Positions 43,301 through 56,689 of a stretch of 64,000 nt of DNA are shown piece by piece. The first letter of the stretch is position 1. Each line of letters opens with the position of its first letter. A program made the translations under genes and the position numbers. Origin of the DNA: Mobula hypostoma (lineage: Eukaryota); assembly GCF_963921235.1 (NCBI RefSeq), contig NC_086107.1, positions 94,428,001-94,492,000 of the forward strand, read 5' to 3'. The notes under the pieces were generated by a model that worked only from the letters and a program-made list of their open reading frames with translations, was not told the origin of the DNA and made no database searches.

Positions 43301-46061
43301 GAAATAGAAATACAGAAAATCTACAGCACATTACAGGCCTTTCGGCCCACAATGTTGTGCCAACCATGTAACCTACTCAAATTTTTTGTACTGTATGACT
43401 CTATGAGTACCTGCCCTTCAGAAATACTTTCACAGAATTACATAGCACACAAGGCCCAGAGGCCATCCAGCCCATCCACTGCATGCTGTACTGTCCTGGA
43501 GGTTCCTCTCAGGTTCCTCATTGACCATCTTTGGTTCCTACTCCCTCACTTGCTTGTCCAGCCTCATCTTAAACACGCACTTTCAATTTTATTTGTCACA
43601 TGTGCGTCAAGGCGCTAAGTGAAAGGTGTCATTTGTGTCAACGCCGATCTTCAGTATCGCCCTCCCCCCGCCCCCGGACCAGCCTTTGATGGAACCCCAA
43701 ACTCCAGGTTCAAACTCTGGGCTCGCAGACTCACCAGCCCTCGTGTCTTCCAGGACCCACCCACCTGGGACAGTCCCACATCCAAGTATGTCCTCCGTCA
43801 CCCGTCCACGTCACTGGCCTCCGAGCACAGAGCAGATGGCTAAGTTGCGGATGTCCTTTATTCCACGTCTACGTTGCTGGTCTTCGAGCCCAGATGGAGT
43901 CCTGGACTTTCTGTTGCCCTTCGTCACCCATCTGCGTCGTTGGCCTTCAAGCTTGAAGCATAGATGCTCCCATTTTACTCTCTCTAGACTCTACTGCAAA
44001 GAGAGTCTCACCTTTCTCCCCACCACTTGGGCAACACAAGTCCCCCTGAGCTCTTGGGCGACCTCCTTATGGGGGCAGCCTCCTGGTTACAGCCGTTCCC
44101 CGGATGTGGAAACATCCTCCCTTGCACAGGATCGCAAGAGGCTGCAGAGGCTCAGTCTGCTCAACCTTCCCCACCATCAAGGACGCCTTCAATAGGCAGT
44201 GCCTCAGGAAGGCGGCATCCATCTTGAATGGACATGTCCTCCTCTATCATCAGAGAGGAGGTACAGAATCCTGAAGATCCACACGCAGAGTATTCAAAGT
44301 TCAAAGTGAATTTATCAACCAAGTATGTATCCTTTATACAACCTTCTGATCCATCTCCTTAACGGCAGCCATGATACAAAGTACCCCAATAGAACCCATT
44401 AGAAACAAAATACCGTCGAAAGCCCAATGTGCAGAAAGAGAGAGAGAGAGAGAAAAACAATTGTGCAAACACTCCGGCGAGCGAACAGCATTCAGAACTG
44501 AAGCTCACAACACCAGGCATCACTGCAGCTGATTCCAAAGACCTCAATCCAACACGGAGTCAAGCAAACCCTGTGGGATAGTGAACCGAACCAGCCTGTC
44601 CCCTGCCTCTGAGATGACACCCTGACCTTCTAAACCTGGCCCGGCGCTTAAATCATCCAAACCTCAGTTCGTTCCTCACTCTCGGCTCGGAGTGTCATCT
44701 TCCAATTCCTGGACCGTCCATGAACCCATGAATGCCACTCGTTATTCCTTTGGTTTTTGCATTATTTATTTTCGTAACGTATACTAACTTTATGCCTGCT
44801 CCATAAAACAAGAAGTTTCAGGTCTAAGTCAGTGAAAATAAACCCAATTCTAGTTCACCGGCACCATTGATTTCCGTCATTTGGTGATGACACGACCAGA
44901 GGTCAAAGAAGAAAGTCAGCAAGGCTGGAGGGTCGAGTCTGCGAGTCCTCACAGACAACCACACACGCAAAAAGCTGGAGCAAATCAGCAGGCCTGGCAC
45001 CAAAGGGGTAAACAGTTGGCGTTTCGGGCCGAGACCCTTCATCAGGACTGGAAAGAGAGGTGGGACGTTAGGGAAAGAGAGGTGGGACATTAGGGAAAGA
45101 AGATGGGGGGAGGGGAGGAAGAAGCACAAGATGGTAGGTGATAGGTGAAACCGGGAGAGAGGGGAGGGAGTGAAGTAAAGTGCTGGGAAGTTGATTTGTG
45201 TGTGCGTGTGTGTGTGTGTGTGTGCGGTGCTTTGGATTTCCAGCATCTGCAGACTTTCTGGTGTTTGTGGTCCTTACAGACAGCACCGGGGCTGAATTCT
45301 GAACTCCGATGCCCCGAGACTAACCACTACGCAACCCAGTGTGGACATGGTGGGCATGCTACGTTGGCATCAGAAAGCGTGGTGGCAATTGTGGGCAGCC
45401 CCCAGCACGCCCTTGGTTGTTAATGTAAATGATCCACTTCACTGTGTGTTTCAACGGACACGTGATGACTAAGTTATTTTAGATCTTTTCCCCTCAGGAA
45501 AAGATTAAAAACCTATTACGAAACTATTGAAAATGAAAAATGCAATTAAACATTAAAAAAATCACTTAGCAACTCTTCAATATAATTAAAACCATTTCAA
45601 CCAACACAACTGATTGGAATATGAAGCAACAAACCTGATTACTTCCTCACAGTAGGGAAATTCCCTTCCTAATGATTCAACTCAGCTGAACGTGGGAATG
45701 AGTGTAAAAATTCTGGGGATTCCTGCTGCTGCCTGCTTCTGGATGCTGTGCAGCGACCCAGGAGCAGGACCCAGGACACCCAGCACGTCATCTGCAGAGC
45801 TTGGCTGGCAAGCACACGCCATCTGTTCCCCTACAGAGATCCCTCTGCTCTGCCCAAGGACAATTTCCACCCAGATTGCATCAGTCCTGTGGGTGGATCA
45901 GAGAAACCGGAGCAGGAACTGGGAGGCCTGGGAGAGTGGCAGATTGTGCAAACACTCCACAGTGCAAACTGTGATATCATGGTTCAATTCTGGCTGGAGT
46001 TTGGAGTAAGGAGTTGGTACGTTCTCCCTGTGTGCATTTCCTCCCACATTCCAAAAACATA

Positions 46062-48645
46062 CAGTACTGTGCAGAAGTCTTTGGCACAGGTACAAAAAAT
46101 CCTATAAAGCAAACATACTTCCAAAAGTAATGAAATTGAAAGCTTCTAAATAACAAAAAAATTCTATAAAGAGCAATAAACAGTAAAAAAAACTGAAGCA
46201 AATCTACATTTGATGTGTGATCACCCTTTGCCTTTCGATCTGCATCAGTTTTAAAGAACAGACAAGTTTAAAAAGTGTTTAATTTGGAGTAAGGGGAATT
46301 ATGAGGCTGTGAGGCAGGAACTTGGAAGCTTAAATTGGGAACAGATGTTCTCAGGGAAAGGTACGGAAGAAATGTGGCAAACATTCAGGTAATATTTGTG
46401 TGGAGTTCTGCATAGGTATGTTCCAATGACACAGGGAAGTTATGGTAGGCTACAGGAACCGTGGTGTACAAAGGCTGTAGTAAATCTAGTCAAGAAGAAA
46501 AGAAAAGCTTACGAAAGGTTCAGAGAGCTAGGTAATGTTACAGATCTAGAAGATTATAAGGCTAGCAGGAAGGAGCTTAAGAAGGAAATTAGGAGAGCCA
46601 GAAGGGGCCATGAGAAGGACTTGGCAGGCAGGATTAAGGAAAACCCCAAGGCATTCTACAAGTATGTGAAGAGCAAGAGAATAAGACATTAAAAAATAGG
46701 ACCTATCAAGTGTGACAGTGGGGAAGTGTGTATGGAACCGGAGGAAATAGCAGAGGTACTTAATGAATACTTTACTTCAGTATTCACTACGGAAAAGGAT
46801 CTTGGTGATTGTAGTGCTGACTTGCAGCAGACCAAAAAGCTTGAGCATGTAGATGTTAAGAAAGAGGATGTGCTGGAGCTTTTGGAAAGCATCAAGTTGG
46901 ATAAGTCACCGGGACCATACGAGATGTACCCCAGGCTGCTGTGGGAAGCAGGAAGGAGATTGCTGAGCCTCTGGTGATGATCTTTGCATCATCAATGGGG
47001 ACGGGAGAGGTTCCGGAGGATTGGAGGGTTGCAGATGTTGTTCCATTATTCAAGAAAGGGAGTAGAGATAGTCCAGTAAATTATAGACCCGTGAGTCTTA
47101 CTTCAGTTGTTGGTAAGTTGATGGAGGAGATCCTGAGAGGCAGGATTTATAACATTTGGGGAGGTATAATATGATTAGGAATAGTCAGCATGGCTTTGTC
47201 AAGGGCAGGTTGTGCCTTACGAGCCTGATTGAATTTTTTGAGGATGTGACTAAACACATTGATGAAGGAAGAGCAGTAGATGTAGTGTATATGGATTTCA
47301 GCAAGGCATTTGATAAGGTACCCCATGCAAGGCTTATTGAGAAAGTAAGGAGGCATGGGATCCAAGGGGACATTGCTTTGTGGATCGAGAACTGGCTTGC
47401 CCACAGAAAGCAAAGAGTGGTTGTTGATGGGTCATATTCTGCATGGAGGTCAGTGACCAGTGGTCTGCCTCAGAGATCTGTTCTGGGACCCCTACTCTTT
47501 GTTATTTTTATAAGTGACCTGGATGAGGAAGTGGAGGGATGGGTTAATAAATTTGCTGATGACACAAGGGTTGGGGGTGTTGTGGATAGTGTGGAGGGCT
47601 GTCAGAGGTTACAGCGGGACATTGATAGGGTGCAAAACTGGGCTGAGAAGTGGCAGATGGAGTTCAACCCAGATAAGTGTGAGGTGGTTCACTTTGGTAG
47701 GTCAAATATGTTGACAGATTACAGCATTAATGGTAAAACTTTTGGCAGTGTGGAGGATCAGAGGGATCTTGGGGTCCGAGTCCAGAGGACACTCAAAGCA
47801 GCTTTGCAGGTTGACTGTGTGGTTAAGAAGGCATACGGTGTATTGGCCTTCATCAATCATGGAATTGAATTTAGGAGCTGAGAGGTAATGTTGCAGCTAT
47901 ATAGGACGCTGGTCAGATCCCACTTGGAGTACTGTGCTCAGTTCTGGTCACCTCACTACAGGAACGACATGGAAACCATAGAAAGGGTGCAGAGGAAACT
48001 TACAAGGATGTTGCTTGGATTGGGGAGCATGCCTTGTGAAAACAGGTTGAGCGAACTCAGCCTTTTCTCCTTGGAGCGATGGAGGATGACAGGTGACCTA
48101 ATAGAGGTGTATAAGATGATGAGAGGCATTGATCGTGTGAATAGTCAGAGGATTTTTCCCAGGGCTGAAATGGTTGTCACAAGAGGACACAGGTTTGCGG
48201 TGCTGGGGAATAGGTATAGAGGAGATGTCAGGGGTAAGTTTTTTTTTTTACGCAGAGAGTGGTGAGTGCATGGAATGGGCTACCGGTAATGGTAGTGGAG
48301 GCGGATATGATAGGGTCTTTTAAGAGACTTTTGGATAGGTCCATGGAGCTTAGAAAAATAGAGGGCTATGGGTAACCCTAGTAATTTCTAAGGTAAGGAC
48401 ATGTTCGGCACAACTTTGTGGGCCGAAAGGCCTGTATTGTGCTGTAGGTTTTCTATAAACTCTGTAGTTCTCTTAGGTACATTGTCACGCAGTTTTATAA
48501 GAAAATCAGCTAGTAGGTTGTTCCAGGTATCTTGGAGAAATTTCGCAGTTCTTCTGCAGACTTTGGCTGTCTCGCTTGCCTCTGTCTCTCCAGCCTCGAA
48601 GATGTTGAGATCAGGGCCTGGTGGAAGCCATGCCACCTGAAACCA
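46062..48645 (-). mobile_element. Tc1-like DNA transposon remnant, split by a CR1 insertion
   Basis: TA plus TIR CAGTACTGTGCAGAAGTCTTTGGCAC at 46062. Minus-strand transposase C-terminus WLPPGPDLNIFEA...LQDTWNNLLADFLIKLRDNVPKR (~48640-48470) continues as TDADRKAKGDHT at ~46250-46215, matching the Tc1 'WP.QSPDLN.IE...A.GG.TKY' pattern. Confidence 0.75.
46255..48455 (+). mobile_element. CR1-type LINE, 2.2 kb 3' portion, few disablements
   Basis: Consecutive ORFs: IKENPKAFYKYV, KSPGP, VPEDWRVADVVPLFKKG...NYRPVSLTS, SQHGFVKGRLCLTSL, DFSKAFDKVPH, KFADDT, LEYCAQFWSPHY; intact 3' tail. Confidence 0.93.
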
Positions 48646-50198
48646 GATCTTAAAAAGTGGCCTGAGAGTTTTGCACTGTCCTGTACGGGTTAGGGTTAGC
48701 AAGTTGCGGGGACGCTGTGTTGGCGCTGGAAGCATGGTGACACTTGCGGGCTGCCCCCAGCACATCCTCCGATTGTGGTGGTCATTTAACTCAATTGACC
48801 AATTTCACCGTATGTGAGAAATAAAGTTTATCTTTTTCTTGAACTGGAGTGTGGAGTTGCAAGATAAATTGTCAGGGTGTGCACACATCTTTGGCCAGGC
48901 TTTCACCTCATCTCACAGAACACAACCACCTGACAAGACACCTTACTCTGCGTTCTGCTATTGTTTTACGTCAAGTATGGAAGAAATTGTAAGTTCTGGG
49001 GCAATCACTGCGGACACTATCCTCCCAGTAAACTGCCTTCTCCCTCTGGAGAGCACTACAAGGCTATTAAAACAAAAAATTCATTTTACTCCCACATGCA
49101 GTTAATCTGATCACCCATTCCAGTTAACACCCCACTCTTCCCCCCATCTATTACCTCAGTCACTGAAACCACTCTTTATAAAGGCCTTTACATTGTAAAT
49201 ACTTGCTGGTACTTATGTGTGTTTACGCACATTTTATTCGATATCTGGACTTTAACTTAAATTTTTATACAATTCCTTGCTGAATGTTGTTGTTTTCTGT
49301 TGTACGCCCTGTCAACACACCACAGCAAATTCCTAAAGCATGTCAATCAGAGGAAAGCCCCTGCCCACCACTGAGCACTCCTACAGGGAGCACTGCCACA
49401 GGAAAGCAGCATCCATCATCAGGGACCCCCACCACCCAGGCCATGCCCTCTCCTCGCTGCAGCCATCGTCCCACAATACCAGGAACCAGTTACCCCCTGC
49501 AACCATCAGGCTCCTAAATCAGCGTGGGTAACTTCACTCACCTCAACTCCGAACCTACAGACCCGCTTTCGAGGACCCTACAGCTCACCTTCTCAGTGTT
49601 AGTTATATTTTTATTTATTTTTTAATTTGCTCTGTTGGTCTCCTTTTGCACACTGGATGCTTGTCAACCTTCGTGTGGAGTTTTCTCGTCAGTGCTACGG
49701 TATTTGTTCTACTGTGAAGGCTTGCAAGAAAATTAACCTCAGGGTAGCATATGGTGATATACAGGAATGTGCTTTGACAATAAATTTACTTTGACATTGA
49801 AATGCACAGTACTGTAGTAATTTTATGTATTGCGCTGTACTGCTGCCGCAAAAAAAAATTCATGATATGTGAGTGATGATAAACCTGATTCTGATGTGGG
49901 TCTCTATTGTGGACTGAGAGTGGGAAGGGGGCAGGGAGAGGGGAATCATGGTTGGGAAGAGGGGAAGGGAGCGGGAAGCACCAGGGAGGGTAATGATCAA
50001 AAAAAACGATTGTTTGCGATCAAATGACCTTACTCGGTGTCTCAGGACCGGGTGTGTCTACCCCTGTCCCGCCACCCTGGCACTCCTCCTCTGCCACCTG
50101 TCCTACACCCCTCCTGCGGTGCTCCACCCTCGCCATTCCCAACGTCTTTTGCTCCCGCCTAATTTACAACCTCACTTTACGCTCCACATTGACAGCTA

Positions 50199-50265
50199 CA
50201 GTACTGTGCAATCGTTTTAGGCACCCTGGGTATATAGGTGCACCTAAGACTTTTGCACAGTACTG
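50199..50265. mobile_element. Tiny palindromic Tc1/mariner-type MITE (67 bp)
   Basis: TA|CAGTACTGTGCAA...TTGCACAGTACTG|TA: 13-bp perfect TIR extending imperfectly to ~26 bp. Confidence 0.8.
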
Positions 50266-50299
50266 TACGTGAATAAACGTGATGGTTGATCCTGATGCC

Positions 50300-50944
50300 G
50301 TACCTGTGACACTGCTGCAGGGTGAGGGGTTCACCGCACATAATGGGTACGCGTACCTGTGACACTGCTGCAGGGTGAGGGGTTCACCGCACATAATGGG
50401 TACGCGTACCTGTGACACTGCTGCAGGGTAGGGGGTTCACTGCACATAATGGGTACGTGTACCTGTGACACTGCTGCAGGGTGAGGGGTTCACCGCACAT
50501 AATGGGCACGCGTACCTGTGACACTGCTGCAGGGTGAGGGGTTCACCGCACATAATGGGCACGCGTACCTGTGACACTGCTGCAGGGTGAGGGGTTCACC
50601 GCACATAATGGGCACGCGTACCTGTGACACTGCTGCAGGGTAGGGGGTTCACTGCACATAATGGGTATGCGTACCTGTGACACTGCTGCAGGGTGGGGGG
50701 TTCACCGCACATAATGGGTACGCGTACCTGTGACACTGCTGCAGGGTGAGGGGTTCACCGCACATAATGGGTATGCGTACCTGTGACACTGCTGCAGGGT
50801 GAGGGGTTCACCGCACATAATGGGCACGCGTACCTGTGACACTGCTGCAGGGTGAGGGGTTCACCGCACATAATGGGTATGCGTACCTGTGACACTGCTG
50901 CAGGGTAGGGGGTTCACTGCACATAATGGGTACGTGTACCTGTG
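50300..50944. repeat. 53-bp minisatellite, 12 full units plus a partial unit
   Basis: Unit GTACCTGTGACACTGCTGCAGGGTGAGGGGTTCACCGCACATAATGGGTACGC starts every 53 bp from 50300 to 50883; partial unit at 50936. Confidence 0.98.
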
Positions 50945-50999
50945 CAGAGATAATAAGCTCAACTTTATCCCAGTTTGGGGGGGGGGGGTGAGGTAGAGA

Positions 51000-52425
51000 T
51001 ACATTTGGTGGTAGGGTCCAATTGAAGCGGGTGGAAGTCGTGGAGGATAATCTGCTGAAAGCGGAGCCTCATGCAGTGGTAGGTGAAGACAAGAGGAACT
51101 CTATCCCTGATAGGGCAGTGGGAAGATGGAGAGTGTGCAGATGTTCAGAAAATGGAGGAGATGCAGCATCAATGGTGGAGGAAGGGAACCCTCATTCCTT
51201 GAAGGAGGAGAACATCTCTGATGCCCCGGAAGGGAAAGTCATATCCTGGGAGCATGCGGTGGAGACAAAGGAACTGAGGAAATGAATAGCATTTTTACAG
51301 GAGACAAGGAGGAAAGAGATATGGTCAAGAGTTGGTAGGTTCATAAAAGATATTGGTAGACAGCTTGTCTCCAGAGATGGAGACAGAGAGATCAAGAAAG
51401 GGAAGAGAGGGGTCAGAAATGGACCAGGTTAATTACAGGAAATTATTGGCAAAGTTGATGAAATTGACAAGCTCTGTATGGGGGCATGAAGCAGCACCAA
51501 TGCAGTCTCCATTCAGGGTCCAAACAGTCCTTCCAGATAAGGCAGCACGTTACCTGTGAATCTGTTGGGTTATCCACTGTATCCAGTGATCCCAATGTGG
51601 CCTCCTCTACATCGGTGAGACCCAACGTAGATTGGAGGACCACTTTGTTTTTTTTAATAATTTTTTAATTGAATTTTCAAACTTGGTAACATGGAATAAT
51701 AATATCTACCCTCCCCCCTCCCCTTAACCCTTCCCCCGATACATACCCCTACCTAAAAAGAAAGAAAAAGAATAAAAGGAAAAAAAAAGAAAGACTGCCT
51801 GGATATTGGAAGGTCTCCACATGCTCCATGGGATTCCAAATAAATTTAATATATTTATTTGTTTCTTTCCCCAAAGGACCAACATCTTTATCATCGGAGG
51901 GGACCACTTTGTCGAGCACCTTTGCTCCATCTGCAAAAAGCAGGATTTCCTGGAGCTCAGCCATTTTAATTCCAATCCCCATTCCTATTCTGACATGTCA
52001 GTATATGACCTCCTCTACTGCCATAACGAGGCCAGACTCAGGTTGGAGGAGCAACACCTCATATTCCATCTTGGTATCCAGCCTGATGGCACGGACAACG
52101 ATTTCTCCAACTTCCAGTAATTTCATCCCCTTCCCCCTTCCTTATTCAAATCCTCACTCTTATCTCTTCTCCTCACCTGCCTATCACCTCCCCGTCGTGC
52201 TCCTCCTCTACAGTCCACTCTCCTCTCCTCTCAGATTCCTTCTTCTTCAGCCTATCACCTGGTTTCACCCATCACCTTCCAGCTTGTACCCCTTCCCCTT
52301 CTTCTTATTCTGGCTTCTTTCCCATTCCTTTCCAGTCCTGAAGAAGGGTCTCGGCCAGAAACATCGACTGTTTATTTATTTCCATAGACGCTGCCTGGCC
52401 TGCTGAGTTCCTCTAGCATTTTGCC
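51000..52425. mobile_element. Rearranged Penelope-like element (inverted 5' part, plus-strand GIY-YIG end) with an L1-like insert at 51649-51900
   Basis: GSKQSFQIRQHVTCESVG, HFVEHLCSI, HFNSNPHSYSDMSV, LRLEEQHLIFHLG; hammerhead module at 52333-52370; insert flanked by GGACCACTTTGT at 51637-51648 and 51901-51912. Confidence 0.8.
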
Positions 52426-52669
52426 TGTTACCGCACAACCTATGGACTCATTTTCAAAGACTCCACAACTCATGTTCTCAGTATTATTTATTTTGCATTG
52501 GCAAGTTTGTCTTCTTTTGCACATTGATTATCAGTCTCTGTGTGTAGTTTTTCATTGATTCTATTAAATTTCTTGATTTTATTGTAATGGGAATGAATCT
52601 CAAGGTAGTATATGGTGACATACTGTATGCAGCCTTCGATAATAATTGTACGTTCACTTTGAACAATAT

Positions 52670-52875
52670 AGGGGGCGGTGGTGTAGTGGCATCAGCACCA
52701 GACTTCGAGGCGAGTGGTCCTGGGTTCGAATCCAGCTGGCTCCTTGCACGCTTTCCATCTGTGCTGGGCTGAGTCCCGAGCTAGCAACTCAGTCTCACAA
52801 AAAACAGACCAAATGCATAAAGAAATGGCAAGTTTTCTGCCCAGTGGTGCCACAAGACACGGAGAGGAACTAACT
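52670..52875 (+). mobile_element. tRNA-derived SINE
   Basis: A box TGGTGTAGTGG and B box GGTTCGAATCC followed by a non-tRNA body. Confidence 0.7.
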
Positions 52876-53734
52876 AACATGAAATAATATAGGGTGAATA
52901 AAATTGATCCGTGACCCTGCTGTGTTTCGTATTGCACCCGTGCACACACAGACTAGTGCAGATGACAATAATCTCCACTTTGGCTTTGACCCAGGCTCGC
53001 CCCTGGGTCAGCAAGGCAGCACAGCAAACTCCACCGACCCATTATCTCTTCATAGTACAGGTTAAACACTCAAGACGTTGCTTGGGGTTGGAGACGTTAC
53101 ACACTGGCTGTGGTCAGCAAGAGGCTATGTCTTAGGGGAGTAGGTTGAGCGAGCTAGGGCTTTGCTCTTTGGAGCGAAGGAGGATGAAAGGCAACGTGAT
53201 GGAGGTGTACAAGATGATATGAGGCATAGATCTGAGTGGATAGCCAGAGAGCTTTCCCCGGGGTGGAAATGTCTAACATGAAGGGCATGATTTTAAGGTG
53301 ATCAGAGGAAAGTATAGGGTGGGGGGATGACAAAGGTAAGTTCTTTACACTGGGAGTGGTTGGTGTGTGGAACACCCTGCCGGGGTGATGGTCGAAGGAT
53401 ATTTAAGAAGCTCTTAGATAGGTATGTGGATGGTAAAATAATGAAGGGCTATGTAGGAGGGAAGGGTTAGCTTGATTGTAAAAGGTCGGCACAATATCGT
53501 GGCTGAAGGGTCTACACGGTGCTGTAATGTTCAAAGTTCTATGTTCCTGCCATGCCGTAACACGGAATCTGCTGGAAGCTGGAAAATCTTCCACTAACTT
53601 GAAAACTTTTACCAACTCTCGGAGCCAGGTGACAGTCCAGATGGTAACATCGCACTCCAGGCTGCGCGAGAAGAAGAATTACAGTCGAAGCTACGATCAA
53701 GAACCTCCAAAGTAACAAGTAAACTTGTGATAAT

Positions 53735-53740
53735 TTTATT
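53735..53740 (-). terminator. Candidate distal poly(A) signal of the LXR gene (a proximal candidate lies at 55137-55142)
   Basis: Minus-strand ATTAAATAAA followed by U/GU-rich sequence, near the end of a ~3 kb mostly non-TE stretch downstream of the stop codon. Confidence 0.4.
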
Positions 53741-55489
53741 TAATTCTAAAGTGCTTTCCCAAACTGGAAGTTGTAAAGGAAAACGATTAGCCTCCAACTA
53801 AAGGTTCAGTCTAGGGACAACAATGCAAAAGTACAGTATTGAATGGGGCCTGGGAGCAGGTTTACCAGCCTGCCCTCTCAGGCATATCTATTCCCAATCC
53901 CCACTCCCCCTCCCTAACCCCAACGAGAGTTACAATACAAACAGCATCTGAATTGGACCCCCTAATCACTGTTGTGTGACTCTGAAAGCAACTCAACTTC
54001 TGGGTCCTTGTGGAAGTGGATGTGGATAAGGAATTGGCGGGGGGGGGTGGTCTGAGCCGATGATAGAAGTTCTGGTGGTCTGGAACCCGATCGCCAGCCC
54101 GAGGGGAATTGTCCAAGAAGCTGGGTCTGCTATCATGGCCCCAGCTGGTCCAGGGTCTGTGCTCACTATCGCCACCTGGTGGCTGTGGCAGGAATGTGCG
54201 TACACTGAGCGAAGGCCATGTTTCAACCTCCAGGACACTGTTGGTCAGGGCAGATTGGCCGTGATATCAGACAGCTCCCAGGGCCCCCACCCCCACCATG
54301 TGACCTCCTGTCCACAAGAAAACCTCCCCGTCTTTAGACGGGGGTGGGGGAGGTGAACTGGGGCAACATCGCAGGTAAGAAAGGTAAAGATCAGCAGATT
54401 AGTTTTGTCACTCGTACGTTGAAACACCGTGAAATGCGTTAACAAACACAGTCCGAGTTTGTGCTGGGAGCAGCCCACGATTGTCACTGCACTTTTGGCG
54501 CCAACGTAGCATGCCCACGACTCACCAACCCTAATCCACGTGGGAGGAAACTGGAGCACCTGGAGGAAACCCGTGCGGGCACGGGGAGAACATACAAACT
54601 CCTTGCAGACAGCAATGGGAATCAAACCCCGATTCCTGGCGCTGTAAAGTGTTGCCTATGCAAAGAGGAAGCACAGCCCTGTGTTCCTTGGGCGATTTTA
54701 CCACCAGAGATTGGTGGATTAGATCATGGCTGGTCTGAAACCAGTTAACGGGAGACCCCCCCCAAAACCAGTCAAGAAGCAATGGGTGGCGGGTGTGAAA
54801 GAACAGTTTCTTGCTGTTCATACACGCAAGGTGATCGCTTAATCATACTTGAAACCAGTGGTGAAAAGGTTGACAAAGAATATTTTTGAAAATATAGATC
54901 TAATTTTAAAAAAATGTTAAAGTGTTTTCAGCAGCAAGGCGGCACCCGACATCGAGCTGACGGGGGATATTGCAGCAGTGAGCAGCCTGTACCCCTGCCC
55001 CCACTGCACGAAGACGGCGGGGGGAGTGGTGAGGAGACGAAGGTTGCATTCCCACACTCGAAGCAGATTAACATCTGGGGAAAATGTGGCGACTCGGTGC
55101 AGTCTGCTTGCAGTCGGGCATCCAAACTAGATCTGGTTTATTGGCCAAGTGCACACAGTTCTAAGTATTATGGATATCTAAGCAACAAAAACCTAACAAC
55201 ATCTACATCCACAGGCCCCTGATTAAGTTGATTCCTTGAGAGAAAATGACTTTTATGCCCCAGTAACACAACAAGCAGTGAATATCCGGATTATTATCAG
55301 ACTCCTGGGAGTCACAGCACTGATCAACAATTCATTGCTTCAGCTATCAATACCAACAGGGTGTAGTGCTTACGTCTGTTATAAAACTAAATAGGTTTCT
55401 TCTCTGTAATACATAGGCTGATGTACATCTATTCCCTTCATAGAGCACAGACCAAACTTGCAGGAGAAAATACTTATGCATGCAAACCT

Positions 55490-55596
55490 CTCTCACACAC
55501 ACAAATGCACATTCTCTCTCTCACACAGACACACACACACATGCACAGTCTCTCTCTCTCACACACACTCACACAGTCTCTCTCACACGCACACAG

Positions 55597-55642
<46 letters not shown>

Positions 55643-55775
55643 TCTCGGTCTCTCTCTCTCTCACCCACACACACACACACACACAGTCTCTCTCTCACAC
55701 ACATGCACTGTCTCTCTCTCTCTCGCTCACTCACATGCATGGTCTCTTGGTCTTTCACACACACATACAGTTTCT

Positions 55776-55808
<33 letters not shown>

Positions 55809-55854
55809 TCTCTCTCTCACACACAGTCTGTCTCCCTCTCATTCACACGCATGG

Positions 55855-55893
<39 letters not shown>

Positions 55894-56008
55894 TACAGTC
55901 TCTCTCTCTCTCACACACACATACATACAGTCTCTCTCTCTCACACACACACACACATACAGTCTCTCTCTCACACACACAGGGTCTCTAAGTCTGTCTC
56001 TCTCTCTT

Positions 56009-56053
<45 letters not shown>

Positions 56054-56156
56054 CTCTCACTCACACGCATGGTCTCTCGGTCTTTCACACACACACAGTC
56101 TCTCTCTCTCGCACACGCAGTCTCTAAGTCTGTGTCTCTCTCTCACACACACACGG

Positions 56157-56199
<43 letters not shown>

Positions 56200-56200
56200 G
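55490..56200. repeat. Compound (CA)n/(CT)n microsatellite in the putative LXR 3'UTR
   Basis: Alternating blocks of CA and CT repeats joined by CAGT/CGGT/CATGGT linkers. Confidence 0.95.
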
Positions 56201-56689
56201 AGCAACAACCAATCTCCAATTCCAGATTGAATTTGATCTAAGTCGAAAATTAGCTCATTAAAAAAAACATTGAACTTCACATATATATTATTGGGCAAAA
56301 CATATCTCCCAAATAATCAGTTAAAATTTTTCTGGGGCGGGACTTGACAAACAATGTACGTTAAACAACGGTAGTTGAGAGGGATAATGAAACCCCTCTC
56401 TGGGGAGGATTGGAACTCAGTTCAGTAAGTGCAGTGATGGACACCTCCACATCATCCAGCCATCGTGTCCTGTGTTCACTCAAAGTTCAATAACTCTCAA
56501 AAACACAATCCTCCCTTCCCCCATGTTGGTCAGACCTTCTTGTAATTTTTTCCTTTTCGATTTTAGTTTTTTTTAAAAAAAAAGCCAGGCTATTTTTTTT
56601 ATATAGATATCTTTCTCAGTTCCATTTCTAGTTTTGGAAAGAAACGCCCGCTTCCCTCCTCTCCACCCAGCTCACAGCATTGTCCTCTT

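Noticed and set aside
50300..50944. CRISPR-like array (regular, palindromic repeats)
   Set aside because: Units are directly adjacent with no unique spacers, there are no cas genes, and the context is vertebrate; it is a minisatellite.
52670..52745. tRNA gene
   Set aside because: Has A and B boxes but no convincing acceptor stem or oligo-T terminator and runs into a SINE body.
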